This document shows, piece after piece, positions 1 to 9,317 of a stretch of DNA of 64,000 nt (positions within the stretch are counted from its first letter, which is position 1; each line of letters opens with the position of its first letter). The stretch spans positions 495-64,494 of the forward strand of contig CAMBQV010000001.1 in NCBI GenBank assembly GCA_945870145.1, written 5' to 3'. Both the position numbers and the translations under genes were made by a program. The notes beneath the pieces are model-generated. The model was given only the letters and a program-made list of their open reading frames with translations, was not told where the DNA came from and ran no database searches. This DNA is from Akkermansia muciniphila. Lineage in GTDB: Bacteria > Verrucomicrobiota > Kiritimatiellia > RFP12 > UBA1067.

Positions 1-1074
1 CTTTGGCGAGGTCAAGCCCAGATCCTTGATCAGCATGCCGGGACGGAAATCAAAGACTTCGCCAGACATCAGAATCTTCTCGATCTTCGTCTCTTCAATT
101 TTTCCGGTACCATACGTACTGACATTGATGCTCAGCGGCTTTGCAACACCGATGGCATATGCCACTTGAATCTCGCACTTTTCTGCCAAGCCAGCAGCAA
201 CGATGTTCTTCGCGACATAGCGTCCATAGTAGGCCGCGGAGCGGTCCACTTTCGAGGGATCCTTGCCGGAGAAAGCTCCACCGCCATGGGACCCGACACC
301 GCCGTAGCTGTCAACAATGATCTTACGACCTGTAACACCCGAGTCGCCGCAAGGACCACCGATGACAAAGCGTCCGGTGGGGTTGATGAAGAACTTGGTC
401 TTGTTCGTCAACATCCCTGTGTCTTTCAGGAGAATACGAGCATTCTCTTCCAGATCCTTACGGATTTTTTTAATGGAAATGTCGCGGGTCTGGTGTGAAA
501 CCACCACAGCTGTGATCTCCTTCGCCACCCCATCGTCATGCAGAACGCTCACTTGGGCCTTGGAATCGGGGCGGAGATAAGGGATCTCGCCGTTCTTGCG
601 CAGGGTGGTGAACATCTGGAGCAACTGATGGGAGAAGATGATGGGCGCGGGCATCAACTCCGGAGTGGAGGTCGTTGCATAGCCAAACATCATTCCTTGG
701 TCACCAGCACCTTGTTCTTCGAGCGTCTTCTTGTCCACGCCTTGGTTGATGTCAGGAGACTGTCCATGCAGCGCACTCACATAGTTAAACGTGTCAAAGC
801 TAAAGCCTTCGGAGGGATCATCATAGCCAATGTCGGCGACTACCTCTCGGGCGATGTTCTGCGGGTTGATCTTGTCCCAGTTCTTGCAGGTAACTTCACC
901 TACATTGACCACCAGATTGGTGCCGACAGCAGTCTCGCAACCAACATGTGCATTCGAGTCTTGCGCCAAACAGGCGTCCAGAATCGCATCAGAAATCTGG
1001 TCACAGACCTTGTCTGGGTGACCTTCCGACACGGATTCGGAAGTAAACACATGACGTGTATTCAACTTACTCAT
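1..1074 (-). CDS. metK: S-adenosylmethionine synthase (MetK), C-terminus truncated by window start
   Basis: Reverse-strand translation from ATG (revcomp of 1072-1074) gives MSKLNTRHVFTSESVSEGHPDKVCDQISDAILDACL...GYATTSTPELMPAPI...GGPCGDSGVTGRKIIVDSYGG...GAFSGKDPSKVDRSAAYYGRYVAKNIVAAGLA, canonical MetK motifs. The ORF runs off the window edge, so it is absent from the ORF track. Confidence 0.9.
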   Translation of the reverse strand, partial: MSKLNTRHVFTSESVSEGHPDKVCDQISDAILDACLAQDSNAHVGCETAVGTNLVVNVGEVTCKNWDKINPQNIAREVVADIGYDDPSEGFSFDTFNYVSALHGQSPDINQGVDKKTLEEQGAGDQGMMFGYATTSTPELMPAPIIFSHQLLQMFTTLRKNGEIPYLRPDSKAQVSVLHDDGVAKEITAVVVSHQTRDISIKKIRKDLEENARILLKDTGMLTNKTKFFINPTGRFVIGGPCGDSGVTGRKIIVDSYGGVGSHGGGAFSGKDPSKVDRSAAYYGRYVAKNIVAAGLAEKCEIQVAYAIGVAKPLSINVSTYGTGKIEETKIEKILMSGEVFDFRPGMLIKDLGLTSPK

Positions 1075-1340
1075 CTTATTCCTTTTTTTTGTTTAGTTCT
1101 GCACGCAACATGCGGGCAAAAAAGACAGTTTTCTCCTCAGCCAACAGAATAACGGTAGACTCCGTCCCCGAGAATTACGCAAAAAGAGCCCTTTTGAATA
1201 ATTCACAATCTGTTAACAATGAGAATGTTATAAACATTATAAACAAGGATTATCTCAACAGAAAATCCTCTGCTTTTCAGTGTTAAAATGTACCATAATT
1301 TGGCTTGTTTAGCAAGCAGAACTCTTTCAAATCTCCTGCT

Positions 1341-1369
1341 GACAAAAGCCATCACTTGTGATACTCTTT
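1341..1369 (+). promoter_or_regulatory. candidate sigma70-like promoter (CTGACA-N17-TACTCT) for the lipoprotein gene
   Basis: -35-like CTGACA at 1341-1346, 17-nt spacer, TACTCT at 1364-1369, then GGAGG RBS at 1380-1385 and ATG at 1390. Sequence-only prediction. Confidence 0.3.
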
Positions 1370-1389
1370 CTGACCTTTTAGGAGGTTTT

Positions 1390-1752
1390 ATGACTCATAT
1401 CGTATCCCTATTTCTACTCGCCCTGTTCCTGTTGTCGGCTGGCTGTATCACGTCAACACCTGTGGCTGACTCCCGTGAACCTGAAATTCAGGTCACCTCT
1501 TCAGGGGAGATTCTCTTTGAAGAACAGACGACTACACAAGAGAATATTCTTTCCTTTTTTAAGGAACGCCAAATTACACGCGACCAGACCATCTTTATCT
1601 TGGTTCCCTCGGATCCATCAGAACGAAACACTCAAGTCATGCGCTCGCTTGTCGCCACATTGAAGCGAGCCGGTTATGGGAGAACGGTCTTTACCACGCA
1701 CCGCAAGGCCGTCTCCAATCTGAAAGGGGAAAACACAAAAGTACCCCACTAG
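1390..1752 (+). CDS. hypothetical small lipoprotein
   Basis: GGAGG RBS 5 nt upstream of ATG 1390. N-terminus MTHIVSLFLLALFLLSAGC is a lipoprotein signal with lipobox Cys. The track ORF 1288..1752 is in the same frame with an earlier, less likely start. Confidence 0.5.
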   Translation: MTHIVSLFLLALFLLSAGCITSTPVADSREPEIQVTSSGEILFEEQTTTQENILSFFKERQITRDQTIFILVPSDPSERNTQVMRSLVATLKRAGYGRTVFTTHRKAVSNLKGENTKVPH

Positions 1753-1758
1753 TTATGT

Positions 1759-1933
1759 GCAGCGGCAGTTGGCAGTGGCAGTTGGCAGTTAGTAGACTCC
1801 GTCAACACTAGGGCTACGGAGGGCAGGCGAAAAGCCCGAAACTGTATTTGTCTCTGAGTGCGTTGACGACCAGTGAGCGACGCCGCCCCGCAAGTGAAGC
1901 TAACTGCCAACTGCTACTGCCGACTGCTACTCT
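1759..1933. repeat. intergenic hairpin with arms made of tandem GCAGT(N)GCAGT units (arms 1759-1797 and 1899-1933, about 100-bp spacer, no ORF inside)
   Basis: gcagcggcagttggcagtggcagttggcagttagtag is the imperfect reverse complement of agctaactgccaactgctactgccgactgctactc. The same unit family recurs at 4994-5030, 5434-5479 and 56226-56256. Confidence 0.6.
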
Positions 1934-1949
1934 CCATGAACCCTAATAC

Positions 1950-2939
1950 TTGAAGCCATCCACCTTTAACTTTATGAAGCCAAATCCCCTGCCCATGTTA
2001 GCGTCCTGTGACTTATGCCCTCGGGAATGTCATGTGGATCGGCTTTCCGGAAAGACTGGCTACTGCAAAGCTGGCATGAACCCCCGTGTCTTCCGTCATG
2101 GACCTCATTTTGGGGAGGAACCCCCAATCAGTGGGGCTCGCGGTTCAGGCACAATCTTCTTTTCTCACTGCACGTTACGTTGTATCTATTGCCAAAATCA
2201 CCCGTGGAGTCAGGCTAACCAAGGTGAGGATCTGACGATTGAGGATCTGAGGGAACTCTTCAAGGGAATAGCCCTTCGAGGCTGCCATAACTGGAATCTG
2301 GTCTCCCCTACCCCATGGCTCCCTCAGATAAAAGAAGCGGTAAAACCCTTAATTCAGGCTGGCATCTCTCTCCCATTTGTGTATAATACATCGGGTTTTG
2401 AGTCGCCAAAGGTCTTGGCTGCGTTTTCTGAGCTCATCGATATTGCGCTCGTGGATTTGCGCTATGCCACGGCCGAAGTGGCCTCGGAAGGTTCAGATGC
2501 TACTCACTATGTTGAGGCTTCACGTCAGACATTCCAATGGTTCTGGCAGAGGCTAGGCCCTTTGGTGACCAACGAAGAAGGGCTCGCCAAAAAGGGTGTG
2601 ATCTGTCGCATTTTGGCTTTGCCAGGGCATATTGAGGAGGCGATAGCTAACCTTCATTGGTTGGCAGACACCGTAGGAACCGAAGTGGCGGTGAGCGTCA
2701 TGTCGCAGTATACGCCGGTACATGTGGCGTGCCAGCGCGAGGGGTGGAACAGGAAAGTCTCGCCAGACGAGTATACGCGATTGACTGACGTAGCCGAAGA
2801 ACTCGGCTTCGAGAACGGATGGATACAGGATTTTGAGGGCGATGCGCCGTCCGACCTGCTAGGGCAAGCTATGCCAGCGGGGGAGGGTGTCGTCGGAAGA
2901 GGCGACGAACAACGAACAGGTGAGCAAAGTTTTAGATAA
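1950..2939 (+). CDS. radical SAM protein, PflX-like (COG1313)
   Basis: N-terminal CDLCPRECHVDRLSGKTGYC cluster followed by the radical-SAM CxxxCxxC motif (CTLRCIYC). Start ambiguous among 1950, 1977 and 1995. Confidence 0.7.
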   Translation: MKPSTFNFMKPNPLPMLASCDLCPRECHVDRLSGKTGYCKAGMNPRVFRHGPHFGEEPPISGARGSGTIFFSHCTLRCIYCQNHPWSQANQGEDLTIEDLRELFKGIALRGCHNWNLVSPTPWLPQIKEAVKPLIQAGISLPFVYNTSGFESPKVLAAFSELIDIALVDLRYATAEVASEGSDATHYVEASRQTFQWFWQRLGPLVTNEEGLAKKGVICRILALPGHIEEAIANLHWLADTVGTEVAVSVMSQYTPVHVACQREGWNRKVSPDEYTRLTDVAEELGFENGWIQDFEGDAPSDLLGQAMPAGEGVVGRGDEQRTGEQSFR

Positions 2940-2964
2940 CTGGCTCAAATAAGCGAGGAAGACG

Positions 2965-3726
2965 ATGAGCGGTCATAGTAAATGGGCAACGATTAAGCAT
3001 AAAAAGGGCGCGGCAGATGCCAAGCGCGGAAAAATCTTTTCGAAAATCGCCAAGGAAATGACGATTGTCGCTAAAAACGGTGGCGGTGACCCAGGGAACA
3101 ACCCGACGCTCCGCACGTTGCTCGCCAAGGCAAAGTCCGTGAACATGCCGAATGATAACATCGAGCGTGCTATCAAGAAGGGAACTGGCGAACTGGCAGC
3201 AGACGCACTCGAAGAAATTACGTATGAAGGTTACGCGAGTGGCGGGGTTGGATTGGTCGTTAAGGTTCTGACCGACAACAAGAACCGCGCAGCCTCAGAA
3301 GTTCGAAACATCTTTAAAAAGAATGGTTCCGATTTTTCAGGTCAGGGTTCTGTTTTCCGTAGCTTTGAACGCAAGGGAACTATCATGATCCCAGCAGCCG
3401 CAGACCTCACAGAAGACAAGATCATGGAGGTCGCTTTGGGCGCAGGGGCGGATGACCTTTTGACTGAAGAGGGTGGTTTCACCGTCACCTGTCAACCGAA
3501 TGCCTTTGCTGAAGTCAGTGCGGCCATCGAAGCCGCTGGTATTGCGTTTGACCGCGAAAATTCGCAGGTCGGACTAGTCCCTCTGACAAAAGCAAATGTT
3601 AAAGATGTCGCCGTCGCCAAGGCCGTCAATAAGTTCGTCGGAATGCTGGAAGAGCACGATGACGTACAGGATGTCTACTCCAACATGGAAGTTGATGACT
3701 CCATCGCCGACCAAGTGGATGAATAG
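2965..3726 (+). CDS. yebC: YebC/PmpR family DNA-binding transcriptional regulator
   Basis: MSGHSKWATIKHKKGAADAKRGKIFSKIAKE... full-length YebC signature; 253 aa. Confidence 0.9.
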   Translation: MSGHSKWATIKHKKGAADAKRGKIFSKIAKEMTIVAKNGGGDPGNNPTLRTLLAKAKSVNMPNDNIERAIKKGTGELAADALEEITYEGYASGGVGLVVKVLTDNKNRAASEVRNIFKKNGSDFSGQGSVFRSFERKGTIMIPAAADLTEDKIMEVALGAGADDLLTEEGGFTVTCQPNAFAEVSAAIEAAGIAFDRENSQVGLVPLTKANVKDVAVAKAVNKFVGMLEEHDDVQDVYSNMEVDDSIADQVDE

Positions 3727-3865
3727 CGGAATAGCTGGAATAGCGGAATAGCTGGAATAGTGGAATACTGAGAAGCTCCGCAATCGGTGTACAGTTGTCT
3801 GTACTCCATCGTATTGAGCTTTTTAAAATATTCCTACATTCCACTATTCCAACATTCCATAAACA
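3721..3865. repeat. intergenic hairpin with arms of tandem GGAATAG(C/T) units (3721-3770 and 3828-3865), no ORF inside
   Basis: gaatagcggaatagctggaatagcggaatagctggaatagtggaatactg pairs with ttcctacattccactattccaacattccat. A related one-sided copy is at 27037-27078. Confidence 0.55.
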
Positions 3866-3891
3866 TTATACTCAAGGGGTGCTGTCTCTCA

Positions 3892-4988
3892 TGCGTATTC
3901 TTTCACGCTATATTCTTCGTGAATTTTTGGTGCCCGTGGTATATTGCCTAACCATGTTTTTGGGCATCTATATCCTGTTTGATTTGCTTAGCTCTTTTGA
4001 TGAATTGCTCGCGGCTAAGCCACCCTTCCTCACTGTACTCGCTTACTTTATTGGATACCTCTCTCCCTACTTTATCTATCTCTTTCCCGCGACGCTGATG
4101 CTCTCAGCGCTCTACACGATGTGGAATTTCTGCCGTCACAGTGAAGTCACCGCGATGCGCGCAAATGGGATTGGGTTCATCGTCATTGTACGTCCTCTAT
4201 TACTCGTCGCCACCTGCGCCATGATTCTGGTCGCCGTCCTGAATGAGGTATACACGCCAGGGGCTGCGGAGTGGGCATCGAAATTCAAGCATGATGATTT
4301 CAAGCAGAACACGAAGACCCTCTGCGATTTCGTGGTCTACAAAAACCAGCTGGAACACCGTTACTGGACGATCAATCGCATGGATACCCAAAAACCCGGC
4401 ATCCTGGAGGGCGTAGTGCTCACGCTGCTCCGAGAGGACGGGAGCTTAATGCTGAAGATCACGGCCCGACGAGCTGAATATCTCGATGGCGTGTGGTGGT
4501 TCTTTAATCCCCAATATCAGTACTTTGATGAACTCAACGAGCCCGTCGCCAACCCTTATAAGGCTCTAGAGTCCCTCTCAATCCGTTCGTTCCCGGAGCT
4601 TTCCGAGACGCCTCGTGATTTTTTGGTCATGAATAAAAAACCCGAGCATAGCACAACACGGGACCTGTTGGTTGACCTAAAACAAAATTCACTTCTCAGC
4701 AAGCAGGAAAGATGTGTCAAGCTCTATGATATTGGAGCGCGTCTCATCGCGCCGTTTTCCTGTCTGGTCATCACGCTCTTTGCGATTCCAGCAGGGGTTG
4801 TCACAGGACGTCAAAGTGTATTCTTTGGTATCGTCTCTGCGGTGGCCATGTTTTTCTCCTTTTATGGGACGGTCATTCTCTGCGAAATCCTCGCAAAAAA
4901 CATGTTTCTCCCTGTCTCCTTTGCGGTCCTCTTCCCAAATCTATTATTCCTCTGCATCGGGATCTATCTCTTCTACCGCCAGCGGTAA
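3892..4988 (+). CDS. LptF/LptG family LPS export permease (YjgP/YjgQ)
   Basis: MRILSRYILREFLVPVVYCLTMFLGIYILFDLL... typical LptF/G N-terminus with 6 TM segments. The track ORF starts earlier at 3795 inside the repeat; ATG 3892 preferred. Confidence 0.8.
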
Positions 4989-4993
4989 AGGGT

Positions 4994-5479
4994 CAGTTGG
5001 CAGTGGGCAGTAGCAGTCGGCAGTGGCAGTTTTTATTACAACTTGTCTGAGCAGAGAACACCAAATTTCTCGGGGTGATCCATCATATATCCCAAAAGTT
5101 TTCCAACATCTCCATAACGGGAAGCGAGTTGCTCAAATTTTTCTGGTGTTATGTAACCGCAATCCTTTGCAAAGCGCAACCAAACACCTGTCTCACTTGC
5201 TTCGCCATCTGCATCTGTAAGTTTCGATAAGTAATGCTTCAGATAACTTCTCTTACGATAGGCTTCAGCCGTATTCGCGCATACCGAACGAGATGAACGT
5301 CGAATCTGATCAGTCAGCGAATACCTTTCCTCAACTGGAAAGTTTTTTGACAATTCAAAAATCTGCATTGCGCCTTCGTAAGCTAATTCAAAAACCTTTA
5401 ACCCTTCAACACCTTTTTGCATCTCTATCCTTTCACTGCCGACTGCTACTGCCAACTGCTACTGCCGACTGCTACTGCC
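4994..5479. mobile_element. IVS-like hairpin element: GCAGT-repeat inverted arms (4994-5030 and 5434-5479) enclosing a four-helix-bundle protein gene
   Basis: Left arm cagttggcagtgggcagtagcagtcggcagtggcagt is the reverse complement of right arm cactgccgactgctactgccaactgctactgccgactgctactgccc. The enclosed gene belongs to the 23S-rRNA intervening-sequence protein family. Confidence 0.5.
5036..5422 (-). CDS. four helix bundle protein (23S rRNA intervening-sequence protein / DGR Avd-like family, PF05635/TIGR02436-like)
   Basis: MQKGVEGLKVFELAYEGAMQIFELSKNFPVEERYSLTDQIRRSSRSVCANTAEAYRKRSY... The ERYSLTDQIRRSSRSVxANIAE motif is diagnostic. The track ORF extends to 5455 into the repeat; ATG at 5422 preferred. 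Confidence 0.8.
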   Translation of the reverse strand: MQKGVEGLKVFELAYEGAMQIFELSKNFPVEERYSLTDQIRRSSRSVCANTAEAYRKRSYLKHYLSKLTDADGEASETGVWLRFAKDCGYITPEKFEQLASRYGDVGKLLGYMMDHPEKFGVLCSDKL

Positions 5480-5484
5480 CTCCC

Positions 5485-6375
5485 TTACTCGACATTCTGG
5501 ACCTGTTCACGGGCGGCTTCTAGTCCAGCCTTAAAGACAATCACGAGGCGTGTAATTTCGGCATCATTTGCCTTCGAGCCTGTCGTGTTAATCTCTCGAA
5601 ACATCTCTTGGCAGAGAAAGTCGAGTGTGCGACCTGAGGCGTGACCTTCCAGAAGCGCCTTCTCGACTTGCACAAAGTGACTGGCGAGTCGGGTCATCTC
5701 CTCGCTGACATCACAGCGATCAGCAAACACCGCAACCTCGCGCGCGAGCAAGGCGGGATCGACCACGTTCTTTGTGCCGTCCCCCAGCAACTCTACCAGA
5801 CGCTTTTCAAGCGTGGACTGATACCGTTTGGGCACTGCCAAGGCTAACGGTGCAAGCGCCTCGCTCAAAACCTTCAGCTCTTGAAAACGTTGCTTTAGGT
5901 CCACAGCCAAGGCCTCGCCTTCATGGGCACGCATCTGGCAAAGCTTCTCTAAGGCAAGCTTGGTCGCCTTCTCAAGCAAACCCCACAACGCCTCTGGGTC
6001 TTCAAAAAGCGCGATGTTATTCATGGCCTCTGGAAGTTGTAAGAGAGACGTGATCGAGAGATCATCCGTGAGCGCCAGTTGGCCTGCAGCCTCTCGCAAC
6101 TCGGCGATCTGCGCCTTGACACGTTCCATATTCAAAAGGCGTGACGTCTGCCCCTCTTGCGCGGCCTTGACCATGACGTTCCCCTTCACATACCCGCGTG
6201 AGATCCTTGCATGCAACAGTGCATGAATCTTGGACTCCAGACAGCCCAATTCTCGGGGGAGCGAGAGCGAACAATCAAACTGTTTGCGATTCACGGTACT
6301 GAGCTCAACAACAACTTTAATCCCTTGCTCACTGATCTCGCCTCGCCCGAAGCCTGTCATGCTGATAATAGCCAT
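5485..6375 (-). CDS. yicC: YicC/YloC family endoribonuclease
   Basis: MAIISMTGFGRGE... N-terminal YicC signature plus C-terminal DUF1732-like region; 296 aa. Confidence 0.85.
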   Translation of the reverse strand: MAIISMTGFGRGEISEQGIKVVVELSTVNRKQFDCSLSLPRELGCLESKIHALLHARISRGYVKGNVMVKAAQEGQTSRLLNMERVKAQIAELREAAGQLALTDDLSITSLLQLPEAMNNIALFEDPEALWGLLEKATKLALEKLCQMRAHEGEALAVDLKQRFQELKVLSEALAPLALAVPKRYQSTLEKRLVELLGDGTKNVVDPALLAREVAVFADRCDVSEEMTRLASHFVQVEKALLEGHASGRTLDFLCQEMFREINTTGSKANDAEITRLVIVFKAGLEAAREQVQNVE

Positions 6376-6391
6376 ACGTTACCTCGAAGGA

Positions 6392-6429
6392 ATTGCCTTA
6401 TTGCGTGATTGCCTTATTGCCTTATTGAA
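6392..6429. repeat. tandem ATTGCCTTATTGC repeats upstream of kor operon
   Basis: attgccttattgcgtgattgccttattgccttattg. The same unit recurs at 36531-36613. Confidence 0.5.
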
Positions 6430-6573
6430 AATCCAAATACAACATTGGATGTGTTTTATATTTTAACTTTTTTTGATGGAGAAAGCCAATCTGAAAACAT
6501 AAAACAGGCTTGTTATTTTGGCTCATTTGCGTTAAGGTAGAGGTCTATTTTTTTATATCGGAGAACCGAAAAC

Positions 6574-6807
6574 ATGGCGAGTACGGAGACCCTGAGGACA
6601 GGCATTCCCCATCCCGTAATTAATGCAGATGAATGCAAAAGTTGCACGCGGTGTATTGTGGCCTGCCCAAAAAAATGTCTACGCCTCTCTGACCACCTCA
6701 ATCGTCGAGGGGTCAAGCCTGTCGAGTACAGTGGCGAGGGATGCGTCGGCTGTGGCATCTGCTTCTACACCTGTCCGGAACCGTATGTCCTTGTGATCGA
6801 GAAGTGA
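6574..6807 (+). CDS. korD: 2x[4Fe-4S] ferredoxin, delta subunit of 2-oxoacid:ferredoxin oxidoreductase
   Basis: Two CxxCxxCxxxCP motifs ([24 protein letters not shown]); 77 aa; immediately precedes the alpha subunit. Confidence 0.8.
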   Translation: MASTETLRTGIPHPVINADECKSCTRCIVACPKKCLRLSDHLNRRGVKPVEYSGEGCVGCGICFYTCPEPYVLVIEK

Positions 6808-6812
6808 GACCT

Positions 6813-7862
6813 ATGACCAAGTTTATCAAAGGTAATGAAGCGGTCGTTATCGGAGCCCTCTATGCAGGGGCTGATGTCTATTTTGGGTATCCCATCACGC
6901 CCGCCAGTGAGATCGCTCATGCAGCGGCTGACTGGTTCCCGGCCTTGGGACGCGAATTCTTGCAAGCGGAGTGCGAGACCGCCTCGATCAACATGATGTT
7001 TGGGGCAGCTGCAGCGGGTAAACTCGCCATCACCGCCACCTCTGGACCTGGCATGAGCCTCATGCAGGAGGGGCTCTCCTACATGGCTGGTGCGGAACTT
7101 CCAGGCGTGATTGTCAACATCATGCGTGCTGGACCGGGACTCGGAAACGTCTATCCTGAGCAAGCGGACTACAACCAGGCGGTCAAAGGCGGAGGGCACG
7201 GCAACTATCAGTGTGTCGTCCTCGCACCCGCCAGCATTCAAGAAATGTGCGACTTTACCCAGCGCGCCTTTGCTCTCTCCTGTAAGTACCGGACGCCTGC
7301 TATTGTTTTGTCAGATGGCTTGCTCGGTCAGATGATGGAAAACTTAATCCTGCCACAGTCGATCATGCCGCGTCCAGACCTACAGGCTTGGGCCGTAGCG
7401 GGAACCGCTGAGACTCGCAAAAATCTCGTCAGCTCAATCTTTTTAAATGCACCAGAACAAGAGTTGCACAACCAGCGGTTACAAGCCAAGTACGACAGCA
7501 TGCGACCGGATGCGGCGCATGAAACCTACCTCTGTGAAGATGCGGAAGTCGTCTTGGTCTGTTATGGCATCTCCAGTCGCATCGCCCGCACGGCTGCTGA
7601 AACCCTTCGTTCAGAGGGCGTGAAGGCGGGTGTCTTTCGGCCCATCACGCTGAATCCCTTTCCTGCAGAGGCGCTCTGCAAAACCTTGGTAGGACGTAAA
7701 GCCTTAGCAGTGGAACTCAGTTGCGGCCAATTCCGCGATGATCTGCTGATGCATCTTGCTAAGGAAGGGAAACGTTATCAGGAGGTCGCCCTCGTCAATC
7801 ACATGGGGGGCATCGTCATGTCTGTTGAAGAGATCGTCGCTGCAGCAAAGAAGTTGCGATAA
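6813..7862 (+). CDS. korA: 2-oxoacid:ferredoxin oxidoreductase alpha subunit (KorA/VorB-type)
   Basis: MTKFIKGNEAVVIGALYAGADVYFGYPITPASEI...ATSGPGMSLMQEGLSYMAGAELPGVIV. ATG at 6813, 6 nt after the ferredoxin stop. Substrate (2-oxoglutarate versus branched-chain) not resolvable from sequence. Confidence 0.85.
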   Translation: MTKFIKGNEAVVIGALYAGADVYFGYPITPASEIAHAAADWFPALGREFLQAECETASINMMFGAAAAGKLAITATSGPGMSLMQEGLSYMAGAELPGVIVNIMRAGPGLGNVYPEQADYNQAVKGGGHGNYQCVVLAPASIQEMCDFTQRAFALSCKYRTPAIVLSDGLLGQMMENLILPQSIMPRPDLQAWAVAGTAETRKNLVSSIFLNAPEQELHNQRLQAKYDSMRPDAAHETYLCEDAEVVLVCYGISSRIARTAAETLRSEGVKAGVFRPITLNPFPAEALCKTLVGRKALAVELSCGQFRDDLLMHLAKEGKRYQEVALVNHMGGIVMSVEEIVAAAKKLR

Positions 7863-7897
7863 CCGTTGAAAGCCATTGAGAGGAATGTGAGAAAACG

Positions 7898-9304
7898 ATG
7901 ATCACGAAACAAACCCTTGGAATGTATAAGGTCTTCACCCGGGGCGGTGACGCCACCCGCGCAACACACTATTGCGCAGGATGCGGCCATGGCATCATCA
8001 ATAAACTCATTTCCGAAGCCCTCGCAGAGATGGGGCTTCAGGATAAGGCCATCATGGTCGGACCTGTCGGCTGTGGCGTCTTTGGTTATTACTACTGGGA
8101 TTGCGGTAACATCAGCGCGGCTCATGGACGAGCGCATGCCGTGGCCACAGGCGTCAACCGTGTTTTGCACGATTCCGTTGTCCTCTCGTATCAAGGGGAT
8201 GGTGATCTTGGCGCGATCGGCTTTAACAACGCATTTCAAGCGGCAAGTCGAGGGGAACACTTTGCAGCCTTCTTTGTCAACAATGCCACGTATGGCATGA
8301 CTGGTGGACAGATGGCGCCCACGACCCTGCTGGGTATGGAGACCCTGACCTCCCCGCTCGGACGTAGCGCACAACACGATGGGTACCCGCTTCATGTCTG
8401 CGAGGTCTTTAATCAGCTTGCCGGACCTGTTTATATCGAGCGTGTCTCTGTTGCAGATTCCACGCGTATTCTAAAGGCGAAGAAGGCGATCCGAAAGGCG
8501 ATTGAGATCCAGCGCGACAAAAAGGGATATGCCTTTGTCGAAATTATCGCCCCCTGCCCCACCAATATGGCGATCGACGCCATCAAGTCTGCTGAGTTTT
8601 GTATGACGGTCATGGAGAAGGAGTTTCCGCTTCACTGTTTCCGCGATAAGAGCGCAGAGGCACTTCCTCGTGAAGAAGCCCCGACGCCTCCTGACATCAA
8701 TACGTTTTTTGCCGCGGACCAAACCTTGGACGTTCCTGCGGCTTTAACAGACGACAGTTTTGGTGAAGTCCGTCTTAAATTTAGTGGTTTTGGAGGCCAA
8801 GGTATTTTAAGTCTGGGACACTTAGTTGCGGATGCCGCCCGCCTTGAGAGGCGCTTCACCTCTTGGTTTCCGACCTACGGACCTGAACAGCGCGGTGGCG
8901 CGGCAGCCTGCTCGGTCGTAATCTCGGGCAAGCCGATCGGCTCGCCCTCGGTTGACACCCCTGATGTCCTCGTCTGCATGAATCAGCCCTCTTACGAAAA
9001 GTTCGTGGGGAGTGTCGTGCCCGGCGGCACCGTGATCGTAGATGCGACAGTTACGCGCACCATCGAGCCGCCTGCAGGGGTAAAGCTGGTCGTGATGCCT
9101 GCCATCGACCTTTCGACCCAACTGGGCATGCCCAAAGCAGCAAACACTCTAATGCTCGCTGCCCTCTCCAAATATGGCGTGTCGCGTCTCAAACGCGAGA
9201 GTTTGCTCACGATTATGGCAAACAACTTCCGCAAGAAACCCGCCTTCGCCGAAAAAAATCTCGCCCTCTTTGAAGCAGGCGAGAAAAGCGTGGCGAACAC
9301 GTAA
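7898..9304 (+). CDS. korB: 2-oxoacid:ferredoxin oxidoreductase beta (TPP-binding) subunit fused to gamma subunit
   Basis: N-terminus has the TPP-domain CAGCGHG motif. C-terminal 180 aa (VRLKFSGFGGQGILSLGHLVADAA...) is a POR gamma-type domain. Confidence 0.8.
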   Translation: MITKQTLGMYKVFTRGGDATRATHYCAGCGHGIINKLISEALAEMGLQDKAIMVGPVGCGVFGYYYWDCGNISAAHGRAHAVATGVNRVLHDSVVLSYQGDGDLGAIGFNNAFQAASRGEHFAAFFVNNATYGMTGGQMAPTTLLGMETLTSPLGRSAQHDGYPLHVCEVFNQLAGPVYIERVSVADSTRILKAKKAIRKAIEIQRDKKGYAFVEIIAPCPTNMAIDAIKSAEFCMTVMEKEFPLHCFRDKSAEALPREEAPTPPDINTFFAADQTLDVPAALTDDSFGEVRLKFSGFGGQGILSLGHLVADAARLERRFTSWFPTYGPEQRGGAAACSVVISGKPIGSPSVDTPDVLVCMNQPSYEKFVGSVVPGGTVIVDATVTRTIEPPAGVKLVVMPAIDLSTQLGMPKAANTLMLAALSKYGVSRLKRESLLTIMANNFRKKPAFAEKNLALFEAGEKSVANT

Positions 9305-9317
9305 AACGGTATGACGG

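Noticed and set aside
538-1152. 204-aa plus-strand ORF and other small ORFs in 132-1152
   Set aside because: All lie within or antisense to metK, whose reverse-strand translation is canonical.
1075-1389. SAM riboswitch upstream of metK
   Set aside because: Inspected the minus-strand leader; the conserved SAM-I core and SAM-II pseudoknot consensus were not recognisable.
1759-1933. Possible CRISPR array (regularly spaced short repeats)
   Set aside because: Units are 6-15 nt directly abutting each other with no unique spacers and no cas genes. These are tandem micro-repeats forming hairpin arms, not CRISPR.
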